Shown: positions 27,901 through 40,874 of the stretch, piece after piece
Position numbering within the stretch: position 1 is the first letter of the stretch
How the letters are laid out: each line of letters opens with the position of its first letter
Source of the DNA: Octopus vulgaris
Taxonomy: Eukaryota
Direction of reading: 5' to 3'
NCBI GenBank assembly: GCA_951406725.2
Contig: OX597814.1
Span: forward strand, 133,424,001-133,488,000
DNA: 64,000 nt
Notes under the pieces: generated by a model
Told to the model about the DNA's origin: nothing
The model's database searches: none
Seen by the model: the letters and a program-made list of their open reading frames with translations, nothing else
Made by a program: the position numbers and the translations under genes

Positions 27901-28701
27901 CTTCTCCGGGAAGCCTAGTCTCGCTCAAGGCTGCCACATCGATGTTTAAGCGAGCACGTTCCTTGAAGACAAGATCTCTACGTCGCTATGGTCGATTAAT
28001 GCCAGTCTTGTCCTGAAAAGTGCGAATGTTCCAGGCACCGAAGGTGAGAGGTTGTGAAACATAGTATTTAGTAGATTTCCGACCGCTAAGTGGGAGGTCT
28101 AACAGCCGCGGTTTGCTAGCCAGATCGAGTTGCCGTGTCCGATGTTTACCCCACCTTTTGTAGGGGCTTTCCATTGAGGGGTGGGCTGCGGTAATCCTAA
28201 AGAGGCCAGCCAGGTCATGAGTCTAGGTGATGAACTCCAATGTCACGGCTATGCATTGGAGGGCGAACATCTGAGATTCGCCGCCAATGTGTAGTCACGG
28301 ACTAGAGATTTCCAGTTTTCTAGACCTGCCTTCCATGCCCACGATACCATCGACATTGGGCTGGTTGAGACAGATTACAAAAACGAAGCCATTCGCTGAT
28401 TAAATTGTCTGAGGTGATCGTGGCTGCGCGACGAGCTGCCGGAGTCTATCCGCCTTTGTTACGCCTACCCGCCAGGCGTTGCTCTCTTCCGCCGGAGTCA
28501 TTCCGTAGGAGCTTGAAATACCCCTCCTCCGCTTGCTCTGCCGTTGGGGTCTTGATGATGGTCTCTGGTCGTGTTTAGTCTGGGACCTCATCCTCGACCC
28601 TGCCGCCATGGGTAGCCCTACCCGGAGTCTAAAACTCCAGACAGTATCGCTTTCATAATCCTTGGAACACACGCGCTCCTCCACCACAACAACGGACGAC
28701 C
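24960..28701 (-). mobile_element. RTE-clade non-LTR retrotransposon, near full length, degenerate
   Basis: APE motifs TFGAWNIRT, AALSETRLPGEG and TIFWKGK. RT motifs KAPGPDNIP, YRGISLL, ESQCGFR and GLMQGCVLAP. A C-terminal zinc-finger-like remnant and an RTE-type 5' UTR (GTGGTGGAGG...GGGCTACCCATGGCGG) are present. Confidence 0.9.
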
Positions 28702-29458
28702 ATAACTAATATTTCTATATTAATAAATACCCACTCTAAACAAAACTCAAAATATATATAATTAAACAAAAAATCTAGAAATGCGTACATGAACGTATAT
28801 TGATGTAACGAATAATCATTAACTGTTGTCAGTTTGTGTTGTCTGAGATACAGAACTATTTTGAATGATTATATAGAGATGTAGTAACGTATATGATACA
28901 GAAGGAAGCAACTGAAAACAAATCTTCAAGTTATTTACAGCTACACGTCATTAATCCTTAAACTCCTTAAATAGATATGCCATTACTCGGACTATCAATT
29001 ATGTATATGAAAGAATACGGATTTCAGCGAGAACTGTACATATTTTGTGCTCTTGGATAACAAAGAGATTAAATTTAACTCTATGCAGCTTCTCAGTGCT
29101 TCCCACATCAGTCTGAAATAATATTTATTTAACATTTCGCAAGTGTTCTTCAAGACCTTATAGGATTATATTATTTATATATAGGTGAAATTTGAAAAAG
29201 ATTCTGCTCATATATTTTGCACGCAGGTCAACGGCCTGAAGGCTTCTTGTTGTTTTGTTCATTTACTATTTGGTTTAAGAAGTGATTTATATGGAATATT
29301 TTCTTGAGATTAGGATTACAATAACTTGACGTATTTGTAAACCTTGATGACCAATCCAGATTGCTCTTCTTATGTTCAGATATTCGTAACTGCTATATAT
29401 CGTCATGTGAAAATAATCGAATCAATGTTTATTGTCAATTTTCATGAATTACCTGTAG

Positions 29459-29530
29459 GTGCCAAATAGCTATTCAAGATATTGCTTTTGATATTAAGTT
29501 ATACATTGATATCGATGGACCTTACATCAG
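29459..29530 (+). other. Candidate 72-bp internal exon of an unidentified host gene
   Basis: TAG| acceptor and perfect CAG|GTAAGT donor. Open in phase 2-2 (CQIAIQDIAFDIKLYIDIDGPYI). No homology recognised and the polypyrimidine tract is weak. Confidence 0.3.
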
Positions 29531-29865
29531 GTAAGTAATAATGATATATCTGATGTAGGCTTTGATATGTTATTCTTTAAAAAGACAGGGTAGTTTAAAA
29601 ATAAATTTTAGCTGACGTTTCTCGGAAGTCGAGTGACTACGTAGAGACTTTCTATTCGCTTAAAACATGCTCTCTGATGACATCAAAGCGATATATGATG
29701 CACTATTTAAATCCCCTTCATACTAGCTATGGGGATGCATAAACTGATGAGGGCATTCACCTACTGCTTTCCGAATCAGAATGATAGAAAAATTTCAAGA
29801 TGTTTACCTTTAGGCTTTGCAGCATTAATCATGTGATAAATAAATTTCCCTATGTATAGAATACT

Positions 29866-30088
29866 TATTTCTTTACTACCCACAAGGGGCTAAACACAGA
29901 GAGGACAAACAAGGACAGACACACGGATTAAGCCGATTATATCGACCCCAGTGCGTAACTGGTACTTATTTAATCGACCCCGAAAGGATGAAAGGCAAAG
30001 TCGACCTTGGCGGAATTTGAACTCAGAACGTAACGGCAGACGAAATACGGCTACGCATTTCGCCCGGCGTGCTAACGTTTCTGCCGCC
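29866..30088 (-). mobile_element. tRNA-derived SINE (tail A family)
   Basis: Same sequence as 16180-16406. TSD TGTATAGAATACT at 29853-29865 and 30091-30103. Confidence 0.9.
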
Positions 30089-30399
30089 TTTGTATAGAAT
30101 ACTGGTGTGTTGTAGGTAGCGGTGTTCACTGTTGCCTGCTAACTCATCTCCTCGGAAAGCTAAGTTTCTTTCAGAAATAGTTTTGTATACTAACCTTTGA
30201 TAATGCTGGAAATATTAAAATTTCTGCTCATGTTCTTAATTACTGTAATAAACATTGTTGAACTGCTAATATCATTTGTCGCAATCTACAAATGCCTTCT
30301 TCCTGATAAATATGAGAAAGATTCTTTATGTTATCAGTTCCATATTAATGCTATACCACGGGTGACAAATACGGGCTGCATTTCTAGAGCGGTAATATA

Positions 30400-31684
30400 T
30401 CAGGTCATCCCATGCGTTCTGTCCGAATTTTTAATAAAGAAAACAAATAATCAAATGTTACATTTAATTGAAATTTAATCCTTAATTTACTTTCCCTGAT
30501 TATCTATGACTTCCTTCAATCCATTTACACGCTTTTTAATCCCATCAATGTAAAAGTCTTTTCGGTTCAAAGCGAAGAATTCTGAAATGCCAGTTTCGAC
30601 TTCCTCCTGGCTTACGAAAGTTATGTCCCCCAAATGATTCTGTAAACAACGAACCAAATGGTAGTCTGGAGGAGCGAGGTCGGGAGAATAAGGTGGATGA
30701 GGATTGTTTTCCCAACCAAGCTCTTAGATCTTCTATGATGTGATGTCTGCAGTGTGGGGTTGCGCATTGTCCTGATGAAACATCACTCCTTTTCGATTCA
30801 CTAAAGCAGGTCTTTGTTTCTTCAAAGCTTGGTTCAAACGCCCTGATTGCTGACGGTAGACTTGAGCAATGATTGTTGCGTTAGGTGGTAATAATTCAAA
30901 GTGAATTACTCCTTTGCAATCCCACCAGATAGAGAGAAGAACCTTTTTTCCATGAAGTTCCATTCTCGGTTGTGGTTGAGCTTTTACCCTTTTACCAAGT
31001 CTCTGTTTACGACGTTTAACATTTCGATAGAAGACCCATTTTTCGTCACCAGTTACAAGTCTATCCAAAAAGGGTGAAGTGAATTCGCGAGAATGGAGAG
31101 GAAAGCAGATGTCAACTCGGGATTTGCGTTTGCTTTCGGACGATTCACGAGGCACTCATTTTCCAAGTCTAGGAGCCTTTCCAAGTTGCTGAAGATGACG
31201 ATGAACAGCTGTATGGTTTGAACTAAGCTTTATTGCCAAATCTTCAACTGATAATGTAGGATTTTCTTCAAGTAATGCCTCAAGGAGCTTACCATCAAAC
31301 TCAACTGAACGTTCTGTTCGATCATCATCTTCAAGTCCGAAATCCCCACTTCTGAATTTTGCAAACCATCTTCTACAAATTCTTTCATTCAAGCATTCTT
31401 TCCCAAAAAATAAGCGTGTTTTGAGTCGCTTCGGCTGCAGAGTGTCCTTTTTTGTACTCATAAAGCATTATGTGCTTTAAATGCTCTATGGATACATCCA
31501 TGTTAGAAAGGGTTTTAATCAAAGAAAGTTTAATTCTATTATACTGTAAAACAATATTTAATTAGTTTAAATGTACACAAATGCATAACAATAATGTTTA
31601 ATTCTAGTAGACATTCGAAAATACTATTAACTTTCATTCAATTTTAAAAAATGTAAAATCGGAAGAACTTATGGGATGACCTGA
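30400..31684 (-). mobile_element. Mariner transposon, second copy of the 22087-23328 family, inverted
   Basis: Same TIRs. Motifs RRWFAKFRSGDF, LVTGDEKW, SIWWDCKG, FHQDNAQPH and HPPYSPDLAPPDYH; the WVP codon is mutated to a stop. Confidence 0.92.
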
Positions 31685-32699
31685 GAGTATTAGTAATAAG
31701 AATATAATTAATTTCAGACTGTATCCCGACATATTGATAGATGTATTAGCGTGTTATAACTGATTGGTCGATATTGTCTATTCTGTCATCTATTTTTTCG
31801 ACTTACTTTTCCTGGCTCGGCAATTCCATGACAGAAAAACATTATTTCACAAATTCTATAATTTCAGTGATATTTTCCGGCGTTTATACCGTATTATCAT
31901 TGAGGGGATGTGATCCCCCGACATTGCACTTAACATCCAGATTCATCCATATGCAAATCTCAAGATAGAATGTATAAGGAGCTACAAAAAAGTTGAAAAA
32001 TTATAATTATTACAATTTTCGTATAGCAATAAATTGCAGAGCACGATAGCGATCATAAAAGTTATAATATCCTTCAATATCTCCAGGCAATTTCCTGCAC
32101 TAATGCATGAGAAACACTTTCTTCAAAAATATCCATGCTGGAATCTTAAAAATTCAGATGCACATCGAAATTATTACTATAAAGATCATTTATAATTTGA
32201 CTGAGAGGGAATGTCAATATGTTTGTTTTGTTATTTACTGCTGCTGTTACAAATCATTATTTTTAAAATTGTATGTTATAAATCGTTATTTATTTTCAAA
32301 AAATGTTATGTTAGCGGAAACTTAACAAGACTAGAAAAAAATTCCCTTTTAATACTCCAAGCTCCGATTTGTAATTGAACATTGCAGAAAAATTATAATT
32401 TGCTACAAAACAAATAATTTCTCAACTAAGTCATGCTAGCAAACATAATTCTTGGTGTTGCAGGCATCAATGCAATAGGCTTCTTGAATTTCGAATTTAT
32501 TTCAATCTTCTATTCCTTAAAATGATTTGCACATCAACATCTCCACCAATTTCAAGAACTGTCTAAAGTAGTTGTAACATTAATGGAGAAAACCAACAAG
32601 ATATAGGCTGCTGTTAGTGCTTGTGTTCTTGGTGGAGTATCTATTTTAACAGATAGCTTGAGTACATTGTCAACCCCAAAATAATATGGTTGTTTTAAA

Positions 32700-33780
32700 A
32701 CAAAATTGTTGCTTTACTTAGAATATAATCGGATATGGGAACCTTACAAAGATATTTATTTCCTTCGAAAATCCTTTCCCATTTTCAGGAACAGTGCACA
32801 GTTGTCGTAGCAATTATTTATCCCTAATATTGTCTGAAATCGTCGGTCAACTGTGGGAATTTTTACTTTGTGAAAATAAAAGATCGCAAGAGAAAAATTC
32901 AAAGAACACGGCTGTTGGAAGTGGCTTTACCTTGTGTTGTGACGGAAATACACAAATAATTAGTGAAACGTGAGCAAGTGTGTTGTATGTGTGCAACCAG
33001 TTTGCGCCTTCTCCTTTCGGATGTGTTTTTCATATCTCTTTGTCCATAGGTGATGCAACAAAACATTCCATGTTATGCCCTTTATGTTTTACGATCATTC
33101 CTGTACCATCAGGTTATAATAGATTTCTAAAGGATTTTATCAGAATTCGAACGGTCACCATCAATTAGCAGCTGCTAATTGATGGTGATACAACTTTCTT
33201 TTACTTTCAAAAAGGATATGGTCCAATAAATAGCTTTAAATGTCCTTTTGATGACATGATGCAAATAGTTCTACAGAAACCGACACTTGCGCAATGGTTA
33301 CGGGCCGTCAGGCGACAATTTTCGCATAGCAGATACTTTCATAATATGATCCTCATCTGGTTTTGCGGAACAAAAATCCAAACACTTTTAGATTAGGGAT
33401 CACTTTTGGAGATTGTTTTACCTAATTTGAAATACTCGCACCGCTTGTAACATTGCGCATGACTCAACCCTCTTCATAACCTCAGGAATGCCCTCGTAAA
33501 TGTTATCTGAAATTACAAAACAATTTCATACAAAGATGATGCTATTACAAATCTTTCATTGCTCATCTTGCAACAAGTCACAAAATACCCTAGTTATACG
33601 ATCACTCAGCACTGGTAGATAAATGAGTAAATGATGTGACATGATGTGGTTATTAATGGACTGAATATCAAGGTCAACCCTACACAGACTGCAGTTGTGG
33701 ATGAGTTGTGCCGGGTGGTCGGTATGTCCTTATAAAGTTTCTTTCTTTTTGGACACACCCCACAGATCAGAAATTGGTGA
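32700..33780 (-). mobile_element. Possible very degenerate piggyBac-like transposase remnant
   Basis: Minus-strand translation gives HNCSLCRVDL.IQ (cf. YN..MGGVD..DQ) and RVFCDLL...CNSIIF (cf. K.FF.LLD...NS.IL), plus scattered Cys-rich fragments. No TIRs identified. Confidence 0.25.
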
Positions 33781-35436
33781 AGGGGAAAACTTCAAATAGT
33801 TTTATCACAGATTAGTAATCATACTAAAAACGTTATTCGTTTTTATTTTGTTATACTGCTACTTTTGTTTAGAATCTCTTATACTATTAAGTAACTAACC
33901 TAGTACATTTTAATGCGGTAAACAAAAAATTGTTTGAAATATTAAAGACAATTCATATAACTTTTCACAACAGATGCACAGCATAACTTTTAGCCATAGT
34001 GTAAAAGTGTATTTAAAACATTGAACCCTTGCGTACAGAGATATTTCTTTTATTTCATTGATTAGTTAATCATTGCACATTAACCACAATGAAATTGGAG
34101 ATGTGCACTACTCCTTTCAAAGAACCAGAGATCATCAAGGAAGAAATGGAAGAGACAGAGAAGAAATACAGGTTGTGTAAATAACATAGGGACTATGAGT
34201 AATATGTGAGCATGTACTAGTAATATGTAAGTAACCTCAGTTTTATAAAGTCAGAGGATCAACAACTGATCAGATTTAAATTATTACCTATTTTTTAAAG
34301 TACTGAAATGCAGTTTCTGAATTACTATTATCAATCAAACAACAAAGAATAACTTACTAAACTTGATAAAAATAAAAGGAATGTATTATCAACGAGTAAT
34401 ATATATGTAAATACTGGGCTGAAAACCCTTTTGGATAGAATTGCAGCCTTCGAATTTTCCTCTCCAAATATATTTTCTAACCTAATATTTACATGTCATT
34501 ATTTACAGCTTTATGTTCTTGCATCGGGATATTACAAAAAATAGTTATTTCACGTCCTCTCGAAAGTATATAAAATTATTTTACTCAACTTACGACTTCT
34601 AGCCGGAAATAACTATTGTCATTCAATTTATAACTCATCTCTAAACTTTGAAATCGAAATTTAATTCTGGAAGCTGAGAATTCCAGTAACAGTTGCATTC
34701 ATGAAAATGGACATGTAGAATCGAAAAATATTAAAATAATTATATTTGAAAACGTATTAAATTATTTCAATTATTATTTTCACAAAAATAACCCTACCGT
34801 ATAAAGAATTAGTTCTATTTATCAAATTTGAACAAGAAGTTTATAACGAAAATGTTTGTCTATGCATATGTGTACGTGTCTGTGCATATATGTATGTGCC
34901 TATGCTTATGGGTATATGAGCGCGCATATCTTTGTGTTTATATGTTAGAAATATAAGCGCCTCTTTATATTATGTGCGTCTAGATGTACCATTACGTAAG
35001 GGAATTTCCTGTATAAATTTGTATTGTATATGTGTGTATTGATTATTGCAAGAAGACATTCCTTACCTTTCTTATAAATATGATTTCTCCATCCCAACTG
35101 ACAAATGGCAACCGGGGCGTAACTATGAATAATGGTTGCAATATAACAAGGCCCAACCTTCTATAAAATATGATACAGAAATAATCTATATGTAAACATT
35201 TTATAGATATCTGACTTCGTTTATATAATAAATATATCAAATATATTGTATATGTGTAAATATGAATACATCCGTGTATCACCTCTCCTACACGGATCAA
35301 AGTGACTTTGTTATTGATGTGAAATCCTTGAAATACACCACGACGTCTACAAACTTTTAAACTTCTGAACTGTTCGTAAAAACTGTCCCTTTCATTTTCA
35401 CTTTATTTTTTTCATATTTTTCTCATTTTCTGTGTA

Positions 35437-35474
35437 TCTTTCTGTCGAAGAGCGTAGGCTCGAAACGTAAAAGA
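35437..35474 (+). ncRNA. Minimal hammerhead-like motif with A6U core (family E), in a repeat ~35390-35570 that ends at (TA)n
   Basis: UCUUU-[CUGUCGA]-A-GAGC GUAG GCUC-[GAAA]-CG-UA-AAAGA. Stem I is UCUUU/AAAGA and stem III is reduced to the palindrome ACGU. Confidence 0.65.
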
Positions 35475-35562
35475 CTTTTTCTATTTCTATTCCTGAGCGC
35501 TATTTTTTGTTTGTTTGTACTCCACCTGCCTTCGTCTTTGTTTATTTTCGTAAACTTTCCCG

Positions 35563-35630
<68 letters not shown>

Positions 35631-35631
35631 C

Positions 35632-35666
<35 letters not shown>

Positions 35667-36188
35667 ATATATATACAGTGCATATATGTAAATGTAGCCA
35701 TATATATATATGTGAGAGAGAGAGAGAGTAAGGCAGAGATAGTGCTTGTTTATGTATGCGTGGGGAAAAATAGGGAGACAAGGATAGATGAAAAAGAACT
35801 ATGATGGATTAGAAATGATTTGGATCATTCTCATCCCCTCCAATCACACACATGCATCAGGATTCAGTCACCTTGGCTATCGTTTCAAGGGTTGAAATCT
35901 ATTCTATCATATTATGTTATGTTCACTTTATAGTATTTTGTTGTTATTATTTACATGATTATGTTTATATGATGTAGATTTAGCAAATATAAATCATTCA
36001 ACTCATGTAGAATTTTCTCAATCCAACATTTGTTGGAGCAGAAATATGCTCACTTTTCATGCCACACGAGAATATAGAAACCAAAATTTCCAAATATGAT
36101 AAAAGATTTTATACAGCAAACTTCGAAAGTATTAGTAAACCTAAGTACCTAATAAAAGATCTATCATGATTCGCCTATAGCCATTAAA

Positions 36189-36602
36189 GGCGGCGAGCTG
36201 GCAGAAACGATAGCACATCAGGCGAAATGCCAAACGGTGATTCGTCTGTCTACGTTCTGAGTTCAAATTCCGCCGAGGTCGACTTTGCCTCTCATCCTAT
36301 CGGGGTCGATAAATTAAGTAACAGTTAAGCACTGGGGTCGATATAATCGACTTAATCCGTTTGTCTGTCCTTGTTTGTCCCCTCTGTGTTTAGCCCCTTG
36401 TGTGTAGTAATGAAATAGGTATTTTGCCAGCCGCTACGTTCTGAGTTCAAATTCCGCCGAGGTCGACTTTGCCTCTCATCCTATCGGGGTCGATAAATTA
36501 AGTAACAGTTAAGCACTGGGGTCGATATAATCGACTTAATCCGTTTGTCTTTCCTTGTTTGTCCCCTCTGTGTTTAGCCCCTTGTGGGTAGTAAAGAACT
36601 AG
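36189..36602 (+). mobile_element. tRNA-derived SINE dimer (tail A family)
   Basis: The body is duplicated (36250-36420 and 36435-36600). A single perfect 15-bp TSD CGCCTATAGCCATTA lies at 36172-36186 and 36606-36620. Confidence 0.92.
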
Positions 36603-37466
36603 ATACGCCTATAGCCATTACTTCCAATATTTATATTTGCATACCAATATCTCGTGTCTATATTGCATATACAGCTTAAACTAGATAAACTAGAAAAGGA
36701 ATAGTTATGGCATTTCAAAATGTTCAGTATGTTGAAATGGTGAACTGATAATAACTTTGAAGCATAGGACTAAGCTATTTTTTAGTATTAGATTTAGGTC
36801 TAAGTTCAACTCTCCCTTAAGCAATTATTGATCTTTGGTCTTTGATGGCTACTCTAATAAGAAATTTATTGACTTTGGTGTGAAGTATGCCAGCTTTAGT
36901 ATGGAAGGTATTATATTGAAATGTATAACAGTGACAAATAATAACATGTTACAAAGTTATTTTAGACAGACGATTTATGAGTGGAGGAAAGAAATGTTTA
37001 ACCTTTCATATTTATGACCTTCCATCGGAAAGAAAAATAGTTTTCCATTAGAAAGAGACAAACAGAGAGAAAAAAGGAAGGAAATAAAGTAAAAAAAAAA
37101 ATAGTTAACCTACAAATGTTTGCGAGGTTTCATTTATGTAAGTGAAACGGGAGAAAATGGAAAGGGAATGGCTTACGGACGTCGAACGATTCACAAAACA
37201 AAGAAATATGAAAGTGCTTATGTGTCAGATGCTGCCTGCTTACGTGTGTGGGGGTCTGAGTATTCAGAAGATTTGAAAGGTTTCTGAGCATTAATAGAAA
37301 TACACATTCATATATGAATATGTTTACCATGTGTGTGTGTGTGTGATATGTATTTGCATAATTGGCATGTGCCAACAATAGTGCTGTTGATAGATATGTG
37401 TGTGTGTGTTTGAGTGGGGGTGGCGTGCGCGTGCATATGTTATTTAATATTTAGCACATGTATATA

Positions 37467-38239
37467 CAGGATGGGTGAAAAATAAGTAGGTATTAAGAAT
37501 TGGTATTAAAATCCATATTCCTTTCACAAATTTATTGAAACAAATAATACATGAAAGTAAATCTTCATATTTCAACGTAAGCACAGGTGACGTCAACCAG
37601 TTTCCTCAAACGGCCAGGGATGGAATGAACAACCTTCTGAAGGACGTCATCTGGGATATCACTGAGAACCTCTTGAATCCGCGTCTCCAAGTTCTCCAGC
37701 TTGCGAGGTTTTCTCTTGTACGCCTCCTCTTTTGTATCATCAAGGGAAATCTGCACTTCTTTGAGTTTTGGACTTGTGAACTTCTGTGGTCACAGCTCCT
37801 GCATGTAATGGTGTTTCTACAGACAAAAATTCAATTCTTTATACAACGCTGTACGTATTCTGTGTATTGCTAGTCCACTTTCACGAGTTGGGTGAAGTGT
37901 TGATTTTTGAGGGCTACGATTGAACATTTCCTGCACTGTTTCCACAATCTCCCCTGATCGGGATGTGGTTGGGCAGTCACTTTTTCTTGCATCGTTCACA
38001 AAGACAGTGATCATCAGATTTGCATGACAACTTTTTATTGTTTCCGGATGTAATGTTGCATGATTGCCTAACCATGCATTCCACAATCTGAGCCAAAACA
38101 TCTAGAAAATAAGAAATAAGACAAGAAGAAAATTAGAAACCCCTTTGTTGTCTGTTTTAAAAAATGATTTCGTCGTGATTTCAGTGATACTAAAATTCTA
38201 TAAGCAATTTCTAATGCCTAATCACTTCCACCCACCCTC
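37467..38239 (-). mobile_element. Internally deleted Tc1/mariner-superfamily transposon
   Basis: TIRs TA-CAGGATGGGTGAAAA and ACTTCCACCCACCCTC-TA. C-terminal transposase-like peptide AYKRKPRKLENLETRIQEVLSDIPDDVLQKVVHSIPGRL, and N-terminal FNRSPQKS. Confidence 0.7.
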
Positions 38240-38323
38240 TAGATTTGAATTTGTATAATACATATTTAATACTAAATACAATATATACAGTATATATGTA
38301 TGACATTTTAAATATATATATAT

Positions 38324-38362
<39 letters not shown>

Positions 38363-38406
38363 AAATATTAATCGATATATGTACATATACAAACATATGT
38401 ATTCAA

Positions 38407-38442
<36 letters not shown>

Positions 38443-38685
38443 ACACACACACATGTATTTCATATATATACATTTAATTGAAAAAATTGGAGGGGTACGA
38501 TACGACATTTATTTTTAATCACTACAATTGTTTCGAAGAAACGCAGTTCTCCAGGTGTGCAGGTACTTGATTATGTAACTGTTTCCCTGCATTATGAGAT
38601 CTAGTTGTGTTTCCTCAGGTGATATGTAGGTGGACGAGCTCTATACTGTACTCTACTACGTTCTTTACAAAATATACTATGACTA

Positions 38686-38686
<1 letters not shown>

Positions 38687-38776
<90 letters not shown>

Positions 38777-38784
38777 TAGAAATG

Positions 38785-38827
<43 letters not shown>

Positions 38828-38944
38828 CGGTGAGAGAAAACTGGATGTAAATGTCTGGTGTCATTACACACAAGCGCGCAACATATGTTTCTAAAAATAT
38901 ATAAACATAAGACAGTCAGACCGACAGACAGACATATAGAGATG

Positions 38945-39037
<93 letters not shown>
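38687..39037. repeat. (GATA)n and (TA)n microsatellites
   Basis: Two (GATA)n arrays at ~38687-38775 and ~38945-39037. Confidence 0.95.
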
Positions 39038-39038
<1 letters not shown>

Positions 39039-39149
39039 CAGATTATAATACAATGAAGTCATCCCTTTACAAAACGGAAAAATCTTTGGATAAAATATCT
39101 ATCTATATATATTCCATTCTACTGTAGACACACGACAGGAAACTTTAGA

Positions 39150-39328
39150 AGAGTGCGGCCAATCAGTAACATTGACGCACGTGCGTAACTAGAACTTATT
39201 TCATCGACCCCGAACAGTTGAAAAGCTAAGTTGACCTCTGCATAATTGAACCCCAATACCTAATGATGGACGAAATACCTCTAGGCATTTTTCCCAACCT
39301 GCTAACCGTTCTGCTGGTTAGATGCCTT
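39150..39328 (-). mobile_element. Old diverged copy of the GGCGGCGAGCTGG SINE
   Basis: ATCGACCCCGAA...GAAA...AAGTTGACCTC...GACGAAATACC matches the family core. Confidence 0.6.
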
Positions 39329-40874
39329 ATAGCTCTCTCTATATATTACAAATAGGAAGGTCATAGCAGTAGTGTCTTTTGATTAAAAAAATGCATGATC
39401 AAAGACGGATTGATGAAGGCTAAACTACATGTGTCAATTTTCAAATAACCGAATCCTTCTAACTGAAATACTTTGCGCACTTTAAGAAAAATACTGACAT
39501 TATATTTTCGAAGGCAGTTGAGCAGCAATTCATTTCTAGATGAACTTATTAAATCAAGGCTAACATCAACAGACAATTTCTCTTCGGCCACACTAATTTC
39601 CTGCCTTCCACATCTGCTAATTTGAACGGTATTTAAACAACTAAACATACACAAATATTTCTTTCAAAGTGAATTAAGCTTTGGTTTTGTTTTCAGTTAA
39701 TTAGTTTTTTTTTTTAACAGAAGTGGTATTGTTTGCCAAAGGCTATTTTAATAGGAGCGAACGATATAATTTGATCAATTATTAGAAAATGGCACTAGGC
39801 CAACAAAAAAAAATTATATAAATTGTCAAATGTTTTCAAATATTTCGCAGAAGTTTCTATCAAAAAATTAAGATATTATAATTAACAGTCACCCAGTTTA
39901 TTTGTTAAAAATATTGTTTTTACAAAAATAATTAATTAAATAAATAATTTCATAAATCACGGTGAAACAAAGTTATTTATCCAAAACTTATTTCGTTGCT
40001 CCATGAGACGAATACGAAGCTTGGGTGCCCAAAATCAAATCACAGAAAGATCAAAATATGTAATCAACCTTACTTAGTGTGAAGTTCAAGTGTGCCTAGA
40101 AGCTTAGTTAGATCTGTTTTCCTCTTATTCATCAATATTAAAGTATATTTAATACTAAAAGTATTAAACATCCACTACTTTCTACAAAGACAGTATCATT
40201 ATCTCCTTTTTAACCATTTACCTGAAATTATTATCTGAAGAAACATATTATTAATGCTACATACGAAATCAGCAGTATCTTCGAAAGAGGCAGGACATAA
40301 CAATTCCTTTCATTCATTATCATAAACATATATAACCGGCATATGTTAGTAACAACTAACCTGATAAAATTCATAAATTAAATGAATATATATATAAATA
40401 CATCATGATGTGTATGTGTGTCTGTGTGTCCATTCTGTCAACACGTCAATCGTAAAATTCTTCTCTGAAGACGGATGCTGCTGGTATCCGATGATGGAAT
40501 CTAGTTATAAGCATTATTTGTTTTGAACCACCAAGCCCCAGAAACAGCTGTTGGACTCGTAAGGCTCCTACGCAACTCCCATAATTACTGATATCATTAC
40601 CATTCTGAGTAGTATGTCGGACTTCTTTTATATGCATACATATTTACATTCTTTGTAAATGTATTTAACAATTTTGTATATTGACCTAATCTGCTTGTCG
40701 TTACATTTATTTCTCTATCTAGTCGAGTTCAAATTTCTTGAGCACTACGAAGTGTATTTCATACAGAGTAATTATCTGTAATCTTTAAATTTTATATATA
40801 TATATATGTTGGATCGCTAGCTTCTGCACGCATTTTTTCTCTCCTTGTTTCTCTCCGTGTTTCTTTTCTGTGTA

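Noticed and set aside
40460-40500. CTGAAGA-CGGAT...ATCCG hairpin
   Set aside because: No GAAA or NUH half of a hammerhead follows.
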